The notes: a model not told the origin generated them from the letters alone. A stretch of DNA of 64,000 bases from Planktomarina sp. (GCA_020629775.1 JAHDCP010000002.1:17433-81432), one strand, 5' to 3'; positions 44,256-55,087 are shown, numbered from the stretch's first letter. Numbers and translations are program-made.

Positions 44256-45437
44256 CTATTTTGCCGTTAAAGCAGCCACGCCAGGCAGGGTTTTGCCTTC
44301 CATCCATTCCAAAAACGCACCACCCGCCGTGGAGATATAAGTGAAGTCATCTGCCGCACCTGCCTGATTCAACGCGGCAACAGTATCCCCACCGCCCGCT
44401 ACAGACGTCAGTTTCTCCATTTTCGTGAGGGTCGCTGCAGCCTGGGCTGCGGCATTGGTGGCCTTGTCGAAGGGTTCAATTTCAAACGCGCCCAGCGGGC
44501 CATTCCAAATAACCGTTTTGGCAGCCGCGAAGACCTCCCCGATTTTGGCCACGCTTTCGGGGCCCGCATCCAAAATCATTGCATCGGCTGGACACTGGGT
44601 GGCGCTGACCACTTCATTTGGCGCACCTGCTGCGAATTCACGGGCCACCACCACGTCGCTGGGCAAAATGATTTCGCAGCCTGCTGTGTTTGCTTTGGCA
44701 AGAATATCTTTGGCTGTGTCCGCCAAATCATGTTCGCAAAGGGATTTCCCCACGTCGTGGCCTTGGGCTGCAAGGAACGTGTTGGCCATGCCGCCACCAA
44801 TCACCAAATGATCCACCTTGCCCACCAGGTTGCCCAGCAAATCCAGTTTGGTGGACACTTTGGCGCCGCCCACAACGGCCACAACAGGACGATCCGGTTC
44901 GCCCAAGGCGGCTTCCAAAGCCCCCAGTTCCGCAGCCATCAATCGGCCAGCGCAGGCTGGGCGCAGTTCGGCCAAGCCGGTGGTGGACGCATGGGCGCGG
45001 TGGGCCGCGGAAAACGCGTCATTGCAATATACATCGCCCAGTTCGGCCAATCGGGCTGCCAGGGCTGGGTCGTTCTTTTCTTCACCGGGATCAAAACGAA
45101 TGTTTTCGATCAATACGATTTGGTTCTTTGCAAAGGCAATGGCGTCCGCGGCATCATCTAAGGTGGTGAATTTTACCGGCTGGCCGAAGGCCGCTTCCAA
45201 AGCGGGCAGGGTGATGGCCAAAGACATGTCGGGAACCACTTTGCCCTTAGGGCGGCCAAAATGGGCAATCAAAATCGGGGTGCCGCCTGCCGCCAAGATA
45301 TCACGCACTGTGGGCACGATGCGGTCAATGCGGGTGGTGTCGGTAACCTGGCCATTGTCCACGGGCACGTTGATGTCGACGCGGGTCAACACACGTTTGC
45401 CGTTCAAATCCATCTGGTCCAAAGTTTTCCAAGCCAT
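44256..45437 (-). CDS. pgk: phosphoglycerate kinase
   Basis: [25 protein letters not shown]..., ...[11 protein letters not shown]... and GGGDT. ATG at 45437; the track ORF opens at 45494. Confidence 0.95.
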   Translation of the reverse strand: MAWKTLDQMDLNGKRVLTRVDINVPVDNGQVTDTTRIDRIVPTVRDILAAGGTPILIAHFGRPKGKVVPDMSLAITLPALEAAFGQPVKFTTLDDAADAIAFAKNQIVLIENIRFDPGEEKNDPALAARLAELGDVYCNDAFSAAHRAHASTTGLAELRPACAGRLMAAELGALEAALGEPDRPVVAVVGGAKVSTKLDLLGNLVGKVDHLVIGGGMANTFLAAQGHDVGKSLCEHDLADTAKDILAKANTAGCEIILPSDVVVAREFAAGAPNEVVSATQCPADAMILDAGPESVAKIGEVFAAAKTVIWNGPLGAFEIEPFDKATNAAAQAAATLTKMEKLTSVAGGGDTVAALNQAGAADDFTYISTAGGAFLEWMEGKTLPGVAALTAK

Positions 45438-45556
45438 CACACATCTCCGTTTGTTGATCGTTCTGTGACCTTTGCGCAGCGTCCCGTCAACCAATCGGAC
45501 TTTCCATGGGGCGTGTGGAACGCTATGTCGTGGATCAATAGACCAAGGAGGGCCCG

Positions 45557-46063
45557 ATGGCCGACATTAAAGATCCCGAAAACACCATTCTGGTGGAACT
45601 CAAAGACGGCACCGTCACCATCGAGTTGTTGCCCGATATTGCCCCAAAACACTGCGACCGGATTAAAGAACTTGCCCGCGCAGGCGAATACGACAACGTG
45701 GCGTTCCACCGCGTGATTGATGGTTTCATGGCCCAAACGGGTGACGTGGAACACGGGGATATGGAAGACGGTTTCAACCTCAGCCGTGCTGGCACGGGCG
45801 GATCCAACCTTCCTGATTTGCCCGCTGAATTCTCTGGCATCCCCCACGACCGGGGCACCTTGGGTGCGGCGCGGTCGCAAAACCCAGACAGTGCCAACAG
45901 CCAGTTCTTCATCAACTTCAACGACAACCACTTCCTGAACCGTCAGTACACCGTGTACGGCCGCGTCATTTCCGGGATGGAGCACGTGGACGCCATTCAA
46001 AAAGGCGAACCGCCTGCGAACCCAGACCGCATGATTTCCATGAAAGTGGCAGCCGATGCGTAA
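45557..46063 (+). CDS. cytoplasmic cyclophilin-type peptidyl-prolyl isomerase
   Basis: [14 protein letters not shown] and SANSQFFI motifs with no signal peptide. AAGGAGGG lies upstream. Confidence 0.9.
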   Translation: MADIKDPENTILVELKDGTVTIELLPDIAPKHCDRIKELARAGEYDNVAFHRVIDGFMAQTGDVEHGDMEDGFNLSRAGTGGSNLPDLPAEFSGIPHDRGTLGAARSQNPDSANSQFFINFNDNHFLNRQYTVYGRVISGMEHVDAIQKGEPPANPDRMISMKVAADA

Positions 46064-46604
46064 GTTTGCAGTAGTGCTGGCCATGATGGCCGGACCTGCA
46101 TTTTCTGCGGGGTTGGAAATTGAAGTGGCTGGCGAAGGCGCCAATGGCACCATCAAGATCGACCTGTTGGAAGACGTGGCCCCCAAGCACGTGGCGCAAA
46201 TCACAACGTTGGCGGCCGATGGCCAGTATAATGGCGTCGTGTTTCACCGCGTGATTGATGGTTTCATGGCCCAAACCGGTGATGTTCAATTCGGGGCAGA
46301 CGCCACGGATATGCGTCAAGCGGGCATGGGTGGGTCTGATTTGCCTGATTTGCCAGCTGAATTCTCTGATTTGGCGTTTGAACGGGGTGTCGTCGGCATG
46401 GCCCGGTCGCAAAGCCCGAACAGTGCCAACAGCCAGTTCTTCATCATGTTTGCCCCGGGGTATTTCCTGAATGGGCAATATACCGTGGTGGGGCAGGTGA
46501 CAGAAGGCATGGATGTGGTGGATGCCATCAAACGCGGCCACCCGCGATCCGGTGCCATCAAAGGCATGCCTGACGTTATGAAAACAGTGACAGTCACAGA
46601 ATAA
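46056..46604 (+). CDS. periplasmic cyclophilin-type peptidyl-prolyl isomerase
   Basis: Signal peptide [18 protein letters not shown], then [14 protein letters not shown] and SANSQFFI. It overlaps the upstream paralogue by 8 nt. Confidence 0.9.
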   Translation: MRKFAVVLAMMAGPAFSAGLEIEVAGEGANGTIKIDLLEDVAPKHVAQITTLAADGQYNGVVFHRVIDGFMAQTGDVQFGADATDMRQAGMGGSDLPDLPAEFSDLAFERGVVGMARSQSPNSANSQFFIMFAPGYFLNGQYTVVGQVTEGMDVVDAIKRGHPRSGAIKGMPDVMKTVTVTE

Positions 46605-46611
46605 TCAAACA

Positions 46612-46641
46612 GGGGCGGTCCAATGGGCCGCCCCTTATTTT
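46612..46641. terminator. bidirectional terminator hairpin between ppiase and the 46642-47172 gene
   Basis: GGGGCGGTCC-aat-GGGCCGCCCC forms a 10-bp stem with one G-U pair, followed by TTATTTTT. Confidence 0.7.
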
Positions 46642-47172
46642 TCAACTGATTTTGAAAGCCCGCTGGATGTCTGGCAAAGCCTCCCGCTGGCGGTTGCTTA
46701 ACCCATTGGGATTGGCTGCCGCGACATCTTGCAACACGGCCATGACCGTTTCAAAATGCTGGGCCTGCGTGGTTTTCTGCAGCGTCCTGGACAAGCGTTC
46801 AATGGCGGGTTGGGGCCCGTTGCATTGTCCCATCAACCAGTGTCCAAGGACCATTAATTCTTCGGCGTCTTTGGTGGACACGCGGGTGTGCTTTGCCAGG
46901 GCAATTTGCAAATGCTTTTTGCCTTCGGCGGTGGGCATGCCTTCCAATTCCAAGAACGCCACACCGATGCCGCCGACCGCGATTTTGGGGTCTTCGATAT
47001 CATCTGCGGGATGGCGGTTGTTGCGCCGCCGAAACCCAAAGCGACGGGCCGCGGCCATAACATCACTGGCGGCATCCAAAATCTCGTGGGTCACCTCTGC
47101 CGCAGCACGGGCGCGGTAAATCCAAACGGCAATTCCTGCAACAAAGGCCAAAAGCCCTAAGAAAAATGGCAT
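46642..47172 (-). CDS. hypothetical membrane-anchored protein (possible TerB-like fold)
   Basis: N-terminal TM MPFFLGLLAFVAGIAVWIY, then a helical soluble domain. ATG at 47172; the track start at 47178 is a TTG. The family assignment is a guess. Confidence 0.45.
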   Translation of the reverse strand: MPFFLGLLAFVAGIAVWIYRARAAAEVTHEILDAASDVMAAARRFGFRRRNNRHPADDIEDPKIAVGGIGVAFLELEGMPTAEGKKHLQIALAKHTRVSTKDAEELMVLGHWLMGQCNGPQPAIERLSRTLQKTTQAQHFETVMAVLQDVAAANPNGLSNRQREALPDIQRAFKIS

Positions 47173-47284
47173 TTTCAAAATTCCTTATGCGTTTTGCCGA
47201 ATAAAAACACTTTTGCGTGTGGAGGGCTAGCCCAGGTGGGCCAATCTGCGGAAACTGTGCCGCAAACCACCGGAAGGGATGCAC

Positions 47285-48259
47285 ATGTTTTGGAAATCAA
47301 TCGCTTTGGCAACGGGTTTGGCTTTGGCTGCGGGCAGTTTGCACGCTGATCCAAGTTTCTGGAAATACGAATGGCCTAACACGGACTTCGAAAACACCAG
47401 TGTCGACAACTGGGTACAGATCATGTCAGGCGGGCCGCCCAAAGATGGCATCCCAGCCCTGACAAACCCTGATTTCAAACCAGCAGCCCAGGAATCCCGC
47501 ATCGGGGACCGGGAACCCGTGATTACTGTGGAACTGGACGGGCAGGTGGCACGGGCGTATCCAATTCGGTATTTGACCTGGCATGAAATCGTGAACGATG
47601 AATTCGGCCCATATAAAGTGGCCGTGACGTTCTGCCCGCTGTGCAATTCAGGGATCACCTTTGATCGCCATGTGAACGGCCAAGTTTTGACCTTCGGCGT
47701 TTCGGGCAAGCTGCGCAATTCTGATATGGTGATGTATGACCGCGAAACTGAAAGCTGGTGGCAACAAGCCATTGGCGAAGCAATCGTTGGTGAATTGAAC
47801 GGCACAAAGCTGACGGCGTTGCCCACCTGGATGGAAAGCTGGAAGCAGTTCAAAGACCGCAACCCGCAAGGCATCGTTATGGAACAGCCAAAATTTGGGC
47901 GCCAATACGGCCGCAACCCCTATGAAAGTTATGACAGCAGTCGGCGGCCGTTCTTGTACAACGGCGAAAATCCACCCCACGGCATTCCACCTTTGGCACG
48001 GGTGGTGCGCATTGGGGACCGGGCTTGGCCATTGACCCGTTTGTCCAAAGAAGGGGAGGTGCGGGAACAAGGCGTGCGTATCAGTTGGCAAGCAGGGCAG
48101 GCGTCCGCCTTGGATGGTCGGTCCATCGCCCAAAGTCGGGATGTGGGCACAGTGCGCGTGCGCGATGCAGCCACTGGCAAAGACCTGCCCCACGACGTGA
48201 TGTTTGCCTTTGCGTTCCATGCATTTTGGCCAAACGGCACTTGGATGTTGGGCAATTAA
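47285..48259 (+). CDS. DUF3179 domain-containing secreted protein
   Basis: Signal peptide MFWKSIALATGLALAAGSLHA, then GGPPKDGIPALTNPDF and ...VTFCPLCNSG..., typical of DUF3179. An alternative ATG is at 47279. Confidence 0.7.
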   Translation: MFWKSIALATGLALAAGSLHADPSFWKYEWPNTDFENTSVDNWVQIMSGGPPKDGIPALTNPDFKPAAQESRIGDREPVITVELDGQVARAYPIRYLTWHEIVNDEFGPYKVAVTFCPLCNSGITFDRHVNGQVLTFGVSGKLRNSDMVMYDRETESWWQQAIGEAIVGELNGTKLTALPTWMESWKQFKDRNPQGIVMEQPKFGRQYGRNPYESYDSSRRPFLYNGENPPHGIPPLARVVRIGDRAWPLTRLSKEGEVREQGVRISWQAGQASALDGRSIAQSRDVGTVRVRDAATGKDLPHDVMFAFAFHAFWPNGTWMLGN

Positions 48260-48265
48260 AACGCA

Positions 48266-48292
48266 AAAGGGCGGACCACTGGCCCGCCCTTT
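48266..48292. terminator. bidirectional terminator between DUF3179 gene and Fe3+ binding protein gene
   Basis: AAAGGGCGGaCC-act-GGcCCGCCCTTT. A GC-rich stem with one mismatch, flanked by A3 and T3, between convergent genes. Confidence 0.7.
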
Positions 48293-48311
48293 GACGATCT
48301 AATTTGTAACG

Positions 48312-49322
48312 TTAACCGTCAAAATCAGCCACTTCTGTCAGCCGCAAGGCATCTGGGCGCAGGGCAGCAATGTCCATCAGGTTTACGGCGTCCGCTTCAA
48401 AATCGCCCCAACTTTTCACCAGATCGATGGGTTCGGTCCCTGGCGCGATGGGGTATTCAAAGTTCGCCGCAGCATAGATTTCTTGCGCTGCAGGGGATGT
48501 CAGAAATTCCATCAATTTGATGGCGTTGTCTTTGTTGGGTGCAGATTTGGTCAACGCCACGCCTGAAATGTTCACGTGGGTGCCGCCATTTTCGAAAGTG
48601 GGGAACAAGATGTTGGCGGACGCAGCCCATTCCTTTTGTTCGTCGTTCGCCAGCATTTTGCCCATGTAATAGGTGTTCCCCAGGGAAATATCGCATTCCC
48701 CAGCCCAGATTGCCTTTACCTGGGCGCGGTCATTGCCTTGGGGTTTGCGCGCCAAGTTGGCTTTGATCCCCTGCAACCAGTCCAACGTTGCGTCTTCGCC
48801 GTGGTGGTGCAAATGCGCGGCTGTCAGGGCCACCATGTAAGGGTGGGTGCCAGACCGCGTGCAAATCCGACCCTTCCATTTTGGGTCAGCCAGATCTTCA
48901 TAGGTGGTGATATCATCCGGGTTCACCCGATCCACCGATGCGTAAACGATGCGCGCCCGGGTGGTCAGGCCGAACCAATGGTTGTCCGGATCGCGGAAAT
49001 CTGCTGGAACGTTTGAATTCATTTCTTCAGAGTCAACGGGCTGTGTCAGCCCAGCGTTCACCACCGCAGACAAGCGCGAGATATCGACGGTGAACACCAA
49101 GTCTGCAGGTGAACGTTTTCCTTCGGCCTTCAAACGTTCCACCATGCCCTTGTTCAAGAAGGCAACGTTGACTTGAACACCAGTTTCTTCGGTAAACGCA
49201 TCCATCAGGGGCTGCAGCAGTTCTGGCTGGCGATATGAATATACGTTCACTTCATCAGCCAAAACAGGGGCGGCGATGGATGTGGCCAGGGTTGTCAGGA
49301 TGGCGGTGCGGAAAAAGGACAT
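48312..49322 (-). CDS. Fe(3+) ABC transporter periplasmic substrate-binding protein (FbpA/AfuA type), no adjacent permease or ATPase
   Basis: Signal peptide MSFFRTAILTTLATSIAAPVLA, then VNVYSYRQPELLQPLMDAFTEETGVQVNV.... ATG at 49322. Confidence 0.8.
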   Translation of the reverse strand: MSFFRTAILTTLATSIAAPVLADEVNVYSYRQPELLQPLMDAFTEETGVQVNVAFLNKGMVERLKAEGKRSPADLVFTVDISRLSAVVNAGLTQPVDSEEMNSNVPADFRDPDNHWFGLTTRARIVYASVDRVNPDDITTYEDLADPKWKGRICTRSGTHPYMVALTAAHLHHHGEDATLDWLQGIKANLARKPQGNDRAQVKAIWAGECDISLGNTYYMGKMLANDEQKEWAASANILFPTFENGGTHVNISGVALTKSAPNKDNAIKLMEFLTSPAAQEIYAAANFEYPIAPGTEPIDLVKSWGDFEADAVNLMDIAALRPDALRLTEVADFDG

Positions 49323-49388
49323 GAGAACACTCCGTTGATCTGAGGTGTTTATTTCCGACAAAAACAGTATGGTCAATACCTGATTAAA

Positions 49389-50210
49389 TTAGTCAGGTAA
49401 CTTTTCTTTCCGTTCTTCCGCTTTCACTTCATCCCAAAGCGCATCCATTTCTGCCAAATCGGACTGGTCGGGGGTTTTGCCCATCGCGGCAAGTTTGTCT
49501 TCCACAGCATTGAACCTGCGCGTAAATTTCCCATTCGCATCCCGTACGGCTGCCTCTGGATCAATCCCCATGTGCCGCGCTACGTTGGCCATAACGAACA
49601 TCAGATCGCCAAATTCTTCATGGGCGTGGGCTGGGTCCGTGGCGTCTTTTAACTCTGCCACTTCTTCTGCAACCTTATCCAACACCTGGCCAATTTCTGG
49701 CCAATCGAACCCCACACGGGCAGCACGTTTTTGCAGTTTTACCGCGCGCAGCAAAGACGGCATCCCCAGGGCCACGCCATCCAGCGTGCGGGTTTGTTTG
49801 GCCGATGCCCGTTCGGCGGCTTTGACAGTTTCCCAGTCTTTGGTTTGTTGTTCTGCAGATTTGTCCCGGCTTTCATCGCCGAACACATGGGGGTGGCGGG
49901 CCACCATTTTATCGCTGATGGCATCTGCCACGGATTGGAACGTAAAGTGCCCCAGTTCTTCGCCCATGGCTGTGTGATACACAGTCTGCAGCAACAGATC
50001 GCCAAGTTCGCCTTTCAGTTCATCCATGCTGCCGCGTTCAATGGCGTCTGCCACCTCATACGCTTCTTCGATGGTGTAGGGGGCGATGGATTCAAACGTT
50101 TGTTCAATGTCCCAAGGACACCCAGTATCGGGATCCCGCAAACGGCGCATGATCAACAAAAGTCGTTCAATTCCGCCGTGTGGATCGAACACCAAATCAT
50201 CTTTGCCCAT
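49389..50210 (-). CDS. mazG: nucleoside triphosphate pyrophosphohydrolase
   Basis: Two MazG repeats (CPWDIEQTFESIAPYTIEEAYEVADAI and EEVAELKDA...EFGDLMFVMANVARH). ATG at 50210; the track ORF opens at 50297. Confidence 0.88.
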   Translation of the reverse strand: MGKDDLVFDPHGGIERLLLIMRRLRDPDTGCPWDIEQTFESIAPYTIEEAYEVADAIERGSMDELKGELGDLLLQTVYHTAMGEELGHFTFQSVADAISDKMVARHPHVFGDESRDKSAEQQTKDWETVKAAERASAKQTRTLDGVALGMPSLLRAVKLQKRAARVGFDWPEIGQVLDKVAEEVAELKDATDPAHAHEEFGDLMFVMANVARHMGIDPEAAVRDANGKFTRRFNAVEDKLAAMGKTPDQSDLAEMDALWDEVKAEERKEKLPD

Positions 50211-50256
50211 TGCACCATTCCCCAAAACAAGCCTTGATAAGATTAAGGAGAAGCCC

Positions 50257-51423
50257 ATGCCCATCGTCAACCGAATAGCCGATTTTGCCCCAGACATGAC
50301 CGCGTGGCGGCGCCATTTGCATCAACACCCGGAATTGCGGTTCGATTGCCATAAAACAGCAGCGTTTGTGGTGGAACGGTTGCGTGAATTTGGGGTGGAT
50401 GAGGTGCACGAAGGCATCGCGACATCAGGCGTTGTGGCGTTGATCCACGGCCAAGGGGATGGACCTGTGATTGGGTTGCGGGCGGATATGGACGCGTTGC
50501 CCATGCAAGAACACACAGGCGCTGACCATGCATCTTTGACTGACGGGGCCATGCATGCGTGTGGCCATGATGGGCACACCACCATGCTTTTGGGGGCTGC
50601 ACGGTATTTGGCGGAAACCCGGCGGTTCAAAGGAACGGTGGCACTAATTTTTCAACCCGCCGAAGAAGATGGCGGCGGGGCCGGGGTGATGGTGGAAGAA
50701 GGGATATTGGATCGCTTTGCCATTGACCAAGTATACGCTTTGCACACCCAACCCGGCGCGCCTGAAGGACAGTTGGCCACAACGCCCGGGCCGATCATGG
50801 CCGCCGTGGACGACTTTCACATTCAGATCACGGGCAAGGGCGGGCACGGGGCCTTGCCCCACGAAGCCGTGGATCCCATTCCGGCCGCATTGGCGCTGGG
50901 CCAGGGGATCAACACGATTGTCAGCCGCAATGTTTCATCCGACGATAAGTTGGTGGTGTCATTGACCATTCTGAACACCGGATCTGCCACAAACATCGTG
51001 CCCGATCTGGTGGATATGGGCGGCACAATTCGCAGCTTCAATCCGCAAGCCCGCGCCATGGTGAAGGCGCGGATGCAAGCGATTTGTGACGGGATTTCAG
51101 GGATGTACGGGGTACAAGTGAATCTGAACATTTTGCCCAGCTATCCCGCTACATTGAATTCCCCTGACCAAACAGAATTTGCCGTGTCAGTGGCCCGCGA
51201 AGTGGTGGGCGACGCGCAAGTTGATGGCCAGCGCACATCTGAAATGGGGGCGGAAGATTTTTCCTATATGCTGGAACACCGCCCGGGCTGTTATCTGTTT
51301 ATCGGCCAAGGCCCAGGGCCCGCGCTGCACAATTCCGAATTTGATTTTAACGATGATGTCGCCCCCATCGGCGCGTCTTTCTTTGCGCGTTTGGTGGAAC
51401 GCGCCCACCCGTTGGAGGGATAA
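50257..51423 (+). CDS. M20-family amidohydrolase (hippurate hydrolase / N-acyl-amino acid amidohydrolase-like)
   Basis: MPIVNRIADFAPDMTAWRRHLHQHPEL and MHACGHDGHT motifs. The ATG at 50257 follows AAGGAG. Confidence 0.85.
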   Translation: MPIVNRIADFAPDMTAWRRHLHQHPELRFDCHKTAAFVVERLREFGVDEVHEGIATSGVVALIHGQGDGPVIGLRADMDALPMQEHTGADHASLTDGAMHACGHDGHTTMLLGAARYLAETRRFKGTVALIFQPAEEDGGGAGVMVEEGILDRFAIDQVYALHTQPGAPEGQLATTPGPIMAAVDDFHIQITGKGGHGALPHEAVDPIPAALALGQGINTIVSRNVSSDDKLVVSLTILNTGSATNIVPDLVDMGGTIRSFNPQARAMVKARMQAICDGISGMYGVQVNLNILPSYPATLNSPDQTEFAVSVAREVVGDAQVDGQRTSEMGAEDFSYMLEHRPGCYLFIGQGPGPALHNSEFDFNDDVAPIGASFFARLVERAHPLEG

Positions 51424-51426
51424 CAA

Positions 51427-52395
51427 ATGGCTTTAAGCGACGCTGCAAGTGATGTGGATAACGCCCTGACACGAAAGGGTTTTAAGGGCATGAGCTATGA
51501 GAACGCATTTGGCGGCGCACTGTCGTTTATGCGCAGAACTTACACCAAGGATTTAACGGGCGTTGATCTTGCCGTTACCGGTGTGCCCTTTGATCAGGCG
51601 GTCACGAACCGTCCCGGCACACGGCTTGGCCCTCGCGCCATTCGCGAAGCCAGCACCCTGCAACCGTGCGATCCGCCCTATGGCTGGGACATCAATCCGT
51701 TCACGGACAACACCGTCGCAGACTATGGTGATGTGGCGTTTGATTATGCTGATACGCGCAGCCTGCCAGTGGCGTTGAAGGCCCATATAGCGGGTATCTT
51801 AGACGCGGGTGCGGGGTCCCTGGCCTTGGGGGGGGATCATTACATTACCTTTCCTATTTTGCAGGCTTACGCGGAAAAATATGGCCCCCTCGCGTTGATC
51901 CAGTTTGATGCCCATTCCGACACCTGGCCGGACGATGATATGGACCGGATCGACCACGGGACCATGTTTTATAAGGCCGTGAAAATGGGTCTGATCGATG
52001 TGAAGAAATCTGTGCAAGTAGGGATCAGAACGCAAAACGATTATGACGCGGGCGTGCATGTGATTGACGCCCCGCAACTGCATGCACAGCCCCTGGCGGA
52101 CACCATTTCGCAGATCAAAGATATTGTCGGGGATCATCCCACCTATGTGACCTTTGACATTGATTTTCTGGACCCTGCGTTTGCGCCTGGCACGGGCACG
52201 CCCGTTTGGGGTGGGGCCAGTTCTGCGCAGGCTGCCGCCATTTTGCGGGGGTTACGGGGGATCAACATGGTGGGGGGCGACGTGGTGGAAGTGTCCCCCC
52301 CGTTTGATGCATCGGGGGCCACAGCCGTGGCAGGGGCCCATGCGGCATGCGAGTTGATGTGCTTGTATTGTTGGAACCAAAGGGCACGGGCCTGA
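51427..52395 (+). CDS. agmatinase-family ureohydrolase (SpeB-like)
   Basis: Mn-binding motifs LGGDHYITFPIL, DAHSDTW and DIDFLDPAFAPGTGTP. The substrate cannot be assigned from sequence alone. Confidence 0.8.
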   Translation: MALSDAASDVDNALTRKGFKGMSYENAFGGALSFMRRTYTKDLTGVDLAVTGVPFDQAVTNRPGTRLGPRAIREASTLQPCDPPYGWDINPFTDNTVADYGDVAFDYADTRSLPVALKAHIAGILDAGAGSLALGGDHYITFPILQAYAEKYGPLALIQFDAHSDTWPDDDMDRIDHGTMFYKAVKMGLIDVKKSVQVGIRTQNDYDAGVHVIDAPQLHAQPLADTISQIKDIVGDHPTYVTFDIDFLDPAFAPGTGTPVWGGASSAQAAAILRGLRGINMVGGDVVEVSPPFDASGATAVAGAHAACELMCLYCWNQRARA

Positions 52396-52587
52396 CATCA
52401 AATGTTTCGCACGCGAAACAAATTCGGGTAAGCCGCTGTTTATGCGACCAGATTCGGCGGATTTTATGGAAAGCTAATCCTGCGCACGGTGGGTTAATTC
52501 CATCAAAGCGGGCAAGCTTGGCCTGTGTTTGCCCCCTTGCGTCCGGCGCCGGACTGCGCGACCGTGGTCAAAACAGGGGATACTGCC

Positions 52588-53529
52588 ATGCCAAACCAAC
52601 CCATTTCCGGCAACGACCTGGCCCGCTTTGCCGGGCCCCAGACTTTTATGCGCCTGCCCGAAGCGGACAGCCCAGAAGGGTTGGATGTGGCGTTTTTGGG
52701 CATTCCCATGGACATTGGCACTAGTTGGCGTTCGGGCACCCGGTTCGGCCCCAAACAAATCCGCGCCGAAAGTGCGATGATCCGCCCCTATAACATTCAA
52801 ACGGGCGCTGCACCGTTTGACAGCCTGCAAATGGCAGACATGGGTGATGTGTCCATCAACACCTTTTCCCTGGCAGACAGTCTGAAAATTATCGAAGCGG
52901 CCTATGACCGGCTTATGGAATATCCTTTGGTGCCTGCCACCATGGGGGGGGATCATTCCCTGACGTTGCCCATATTGCGATCCATCGCCAAACGGCACGG
53001 CCCTGTGGCGTTGGTGCATGTGGATGCCCATGCTGATGTGAACGATGAAATGTTCGGCGAACGCGAAACCCACGGTACAGTGTTCCGCCGCGCATACGAA
53101 GAAGGGCTGATCGTCCCAGAACTGGTGTTCCAGATCGGCCTGCGCGGCACGGGGTATACGGCGGAAGATTTCACAGAAGCCCAAGGTTGGGGGTTCAATA
53201 TGACCCAGGCCCACGAGTTGTGGCACCAACCCCTGACGGGTTTGGGTCAAGACATCGTAAAGGCCATTGGGGATCATCCCACTTACCTGACCTATGACAT
53301 CGACAGTCTTGATCCAGCCTATGCGCCCGGCACCGGCACGCCGGAAATTGGCGGCCTGACCACGCCGCAAGCCATGCAATTGATCCGGGCGCTGCGCGGG
53401 CTTTCGATTGTGGGGTTTGATATGGTGGAAGTCAGCCCCATGTACGACACATCGGGCAACACAGCGCTGACGGCGGCAAACCTGATGTTTGAAATTTTAA
53501 GCATTCTGCCGGGTGTAAGGGTCAGATAA
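52588..53529 (+). CDS. agmatinase-family ureohydrolase, second paralogue (guanidino-acid hydrolase-like)
   Basis: MGGDHSLTLPIL, DAHADVN and DIDSLDPAYAPGTGTPE. The ATG at 52588 follows AGGGGA. Confidence 0.8.
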   Translation: MPNQPISGNDLARFAGPQTFMRLPEADSPEGLDVAFLGIPMDIGTSWRSGTRFGPKQIRAESAMIRPYNIQTGAAPFDSLQMADMGDVSINTFSLADSLKIIEAAYDRLMEYPLVPATMGGDHSLTLPILRSIAKRHGPVALVHVDAHADVNDEMFGERETHGTVFRRAYEEGLIVPELVFQIGLRGTGYTAEDFTEAQGWGFNMTQAHELWHQPLTGLGQDIVKAIGDHPTYLTYDIDSLDPAYAPGTGTPEIGGLTTPQAMQLIRALRGLSIVGFDMVEVSPMYDTSGNTALTAANLMFEILSILPGVRVR

Positions 53530-53570
53530 GTCGGTTTGATTTACATTTTCGAACATAACGGGGTTTTGGT

Positions 53571-53987
53571 GTGAGAATTCTCTTGGGTCTTTTGGTGTGC
53601 TTTGCCGTGCTGCAAATCGCGGTGCGTTTTTGGCCGCCTGCGGTGAACCACAGCTTTTTTGATCGGGCGTTTGGGGCGCTTGGCTGTCAAGACGGGCAAG
53701 AAACCACGCTGACGGTTCCCGGTGGGTTTGCCCAAGCCCAAGGCATGGATGACGATACCTTTGAACGGCTTGTCGATGCGGCTGTGGCTTTGCCGCGCGC
53801 CACGGTGGTGGATCGCACTGCCGGTGCGGCCACCATTGTGGTGCGGTCTGCGCTTTGGGGCTTTCCAGATGTTTTGCGCCTGACCCACACGTCGGGTTGT
53901 GGTGTTGTCGCCTCTCATTTGACACTGGGGCACAGTGACATGGGGGTGAACCGGGTGCGGATCCAAGCCTTGCTGGCGGATCTGTAA
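53571..53987 (+). CDS. DUF1499-like small protein with N-terminal hydrophobic segment
   Basis: 138 aa with a GTG start. ...IVVRSALWGFPDVLRL... resembles the DUF1499 core. Confidence 0.5.
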   Translation: MRILLGLLVCFAVLQIAVRFWPPAVNHSFFDRAFGALGCQDGQETTLTVPGGFAQAQGMDDDTFERLVDAAVALPRATVVDRTAGAATIVVRSALWGFPDVLRLTHTSGCGVVASHLTLGHSDMGVNRVRIQALLADL

Positions 53988-54031
53988 TCACCAGCCCTTG
54001 ACCAACAGGACAGTATGGGCGACGCACCCCT

Positions 54032-55087
54032 ATGATTTCTGAAGATACCTTGATCCAAATCACCCAACGCTTTGAGTTCCTGGAAGCCCAGATGGCAGAA
54101 GGGTCAGGCGATATTGCGGTGTTGGCCAAGGAATATTCCGACATGAAGCCCGTGGTGGACCAGGTGCGGGCGTATCAGACATTGTTGGATGACATCGCAG
54201 AAGCCCAGTCCATGATGGACGATCCTGACATGCGCGAATTGGCAGAAGAAGAACTGCCCGGTTTGCAAGCCGCGTTGCCCGATATGGAACAAGCCCTGCA
54301 ATTGGCCTTGTTGCCCAAAGACGAAGCAGATGCCCGCCCCGCGATGTTGGAAATTCGTCCTGGCACGGGTGGGGATGAAGCGGCCTTGTTCGCGGGTGAT
54401 TTACAGCGGATGTACCAACGGTATGCTGAAAGTATGGGGTGGGGGTTCGATCTGATCGAATACCAAGCCACGGAATTGGGCGGCATCAAAGAAGTGACAG
54501 CCCACATCAAAGGCGAAAACGTTTTCGCGCGGTTGAAGTACGAATCTGGCGTGCACCGTGTGCAACGGGTGCCCACCACGGAAAGTGGCGGCCGGGTGCA
54601 TACCTCTGCCGCCACCGTGGCTGTTCTGCCCGAAGCGGAAGATGTGGACATTGAAATCAACCCTGGCGATTTGCGGATTGATACCATGCGCGCCAGTGGG
54701 GCCGGCGGCCAGCACGTGAACACCACGGATTCAGCTGTGCGCATCACGCACCTGCCCACGGGGTTGATCGTGGTCAGTTCAGAAAAGTCCCAGCACCGGA
54801 ACCGTGAAATCGCCATGCAGGTTTTGAAAACCCGTTTGTACGATATGGAACGCGAACGGGTGGACAGTGAACGGTCTGCTGATCGCAAAAGCCAAGTGGG
54901 CAGTGGCGATCGATCAGAGCGTATTCGCACCTACAACTTCCCCCAAGGGCGCATGACGGACCACCGCATTAACTTGACGCTGTATAAATTGGATCAGGTG
55001 ATGGCGGGGGATTTGCAAGATATTGTCGATGCGCTGACCGCCGCAGACCAAGCGGAGAAACTGGCTGCCATGAACACCCAATCATGA
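54032..55087 (+). CDS. prfA: peptide chain release factor 1
   Basis: GGQ motif SGAGGQHVN and the PxT-type decoding region. 351 aa. Confidence 0.95.
   Translation: MISEDTLIQITQRFEFLEAQMAEGSGDIAVLAKEYSDMKPVVDQVRAYQTLLDDIAEAQSMMDDPDMRELAEEELPGLQAALPDMEQALQLALLPKDEADARPAMLEIRPGTGGDEAALFAGDLQRMYQRYAESMGWGFDLIEYQATELGGIKEVTAHIKGENVFARLKYESGVHRVQRVPTTESGGRVHTSAATVAVLPEAEDVDIEINPGDLRIDTMRASGAGGQHVNTTDSAVRITHLPTGLIVVSSEKSQHRNREIAMQVLKTRLYDMERERVDSERSADRKSQVGSGDRSERIRTYNFPQGRMTDHRINLTLYKLDQVMAGDLQDIVDALTAADQAEKLAAMNTQS

Noticed and set aside
52396-52587. Guanidine (ykkC-type) or other riboswitch in the 192-nt spacer between the two ureohydrolase genes
   Set aside because: I found only short generic hairpins (for example GTTTCG-cacg-CGAAAC at 52404-52419). 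I could not recognise the conserved guanidine-riboswitch core by eye. A covariance-model search would be needed to call it.
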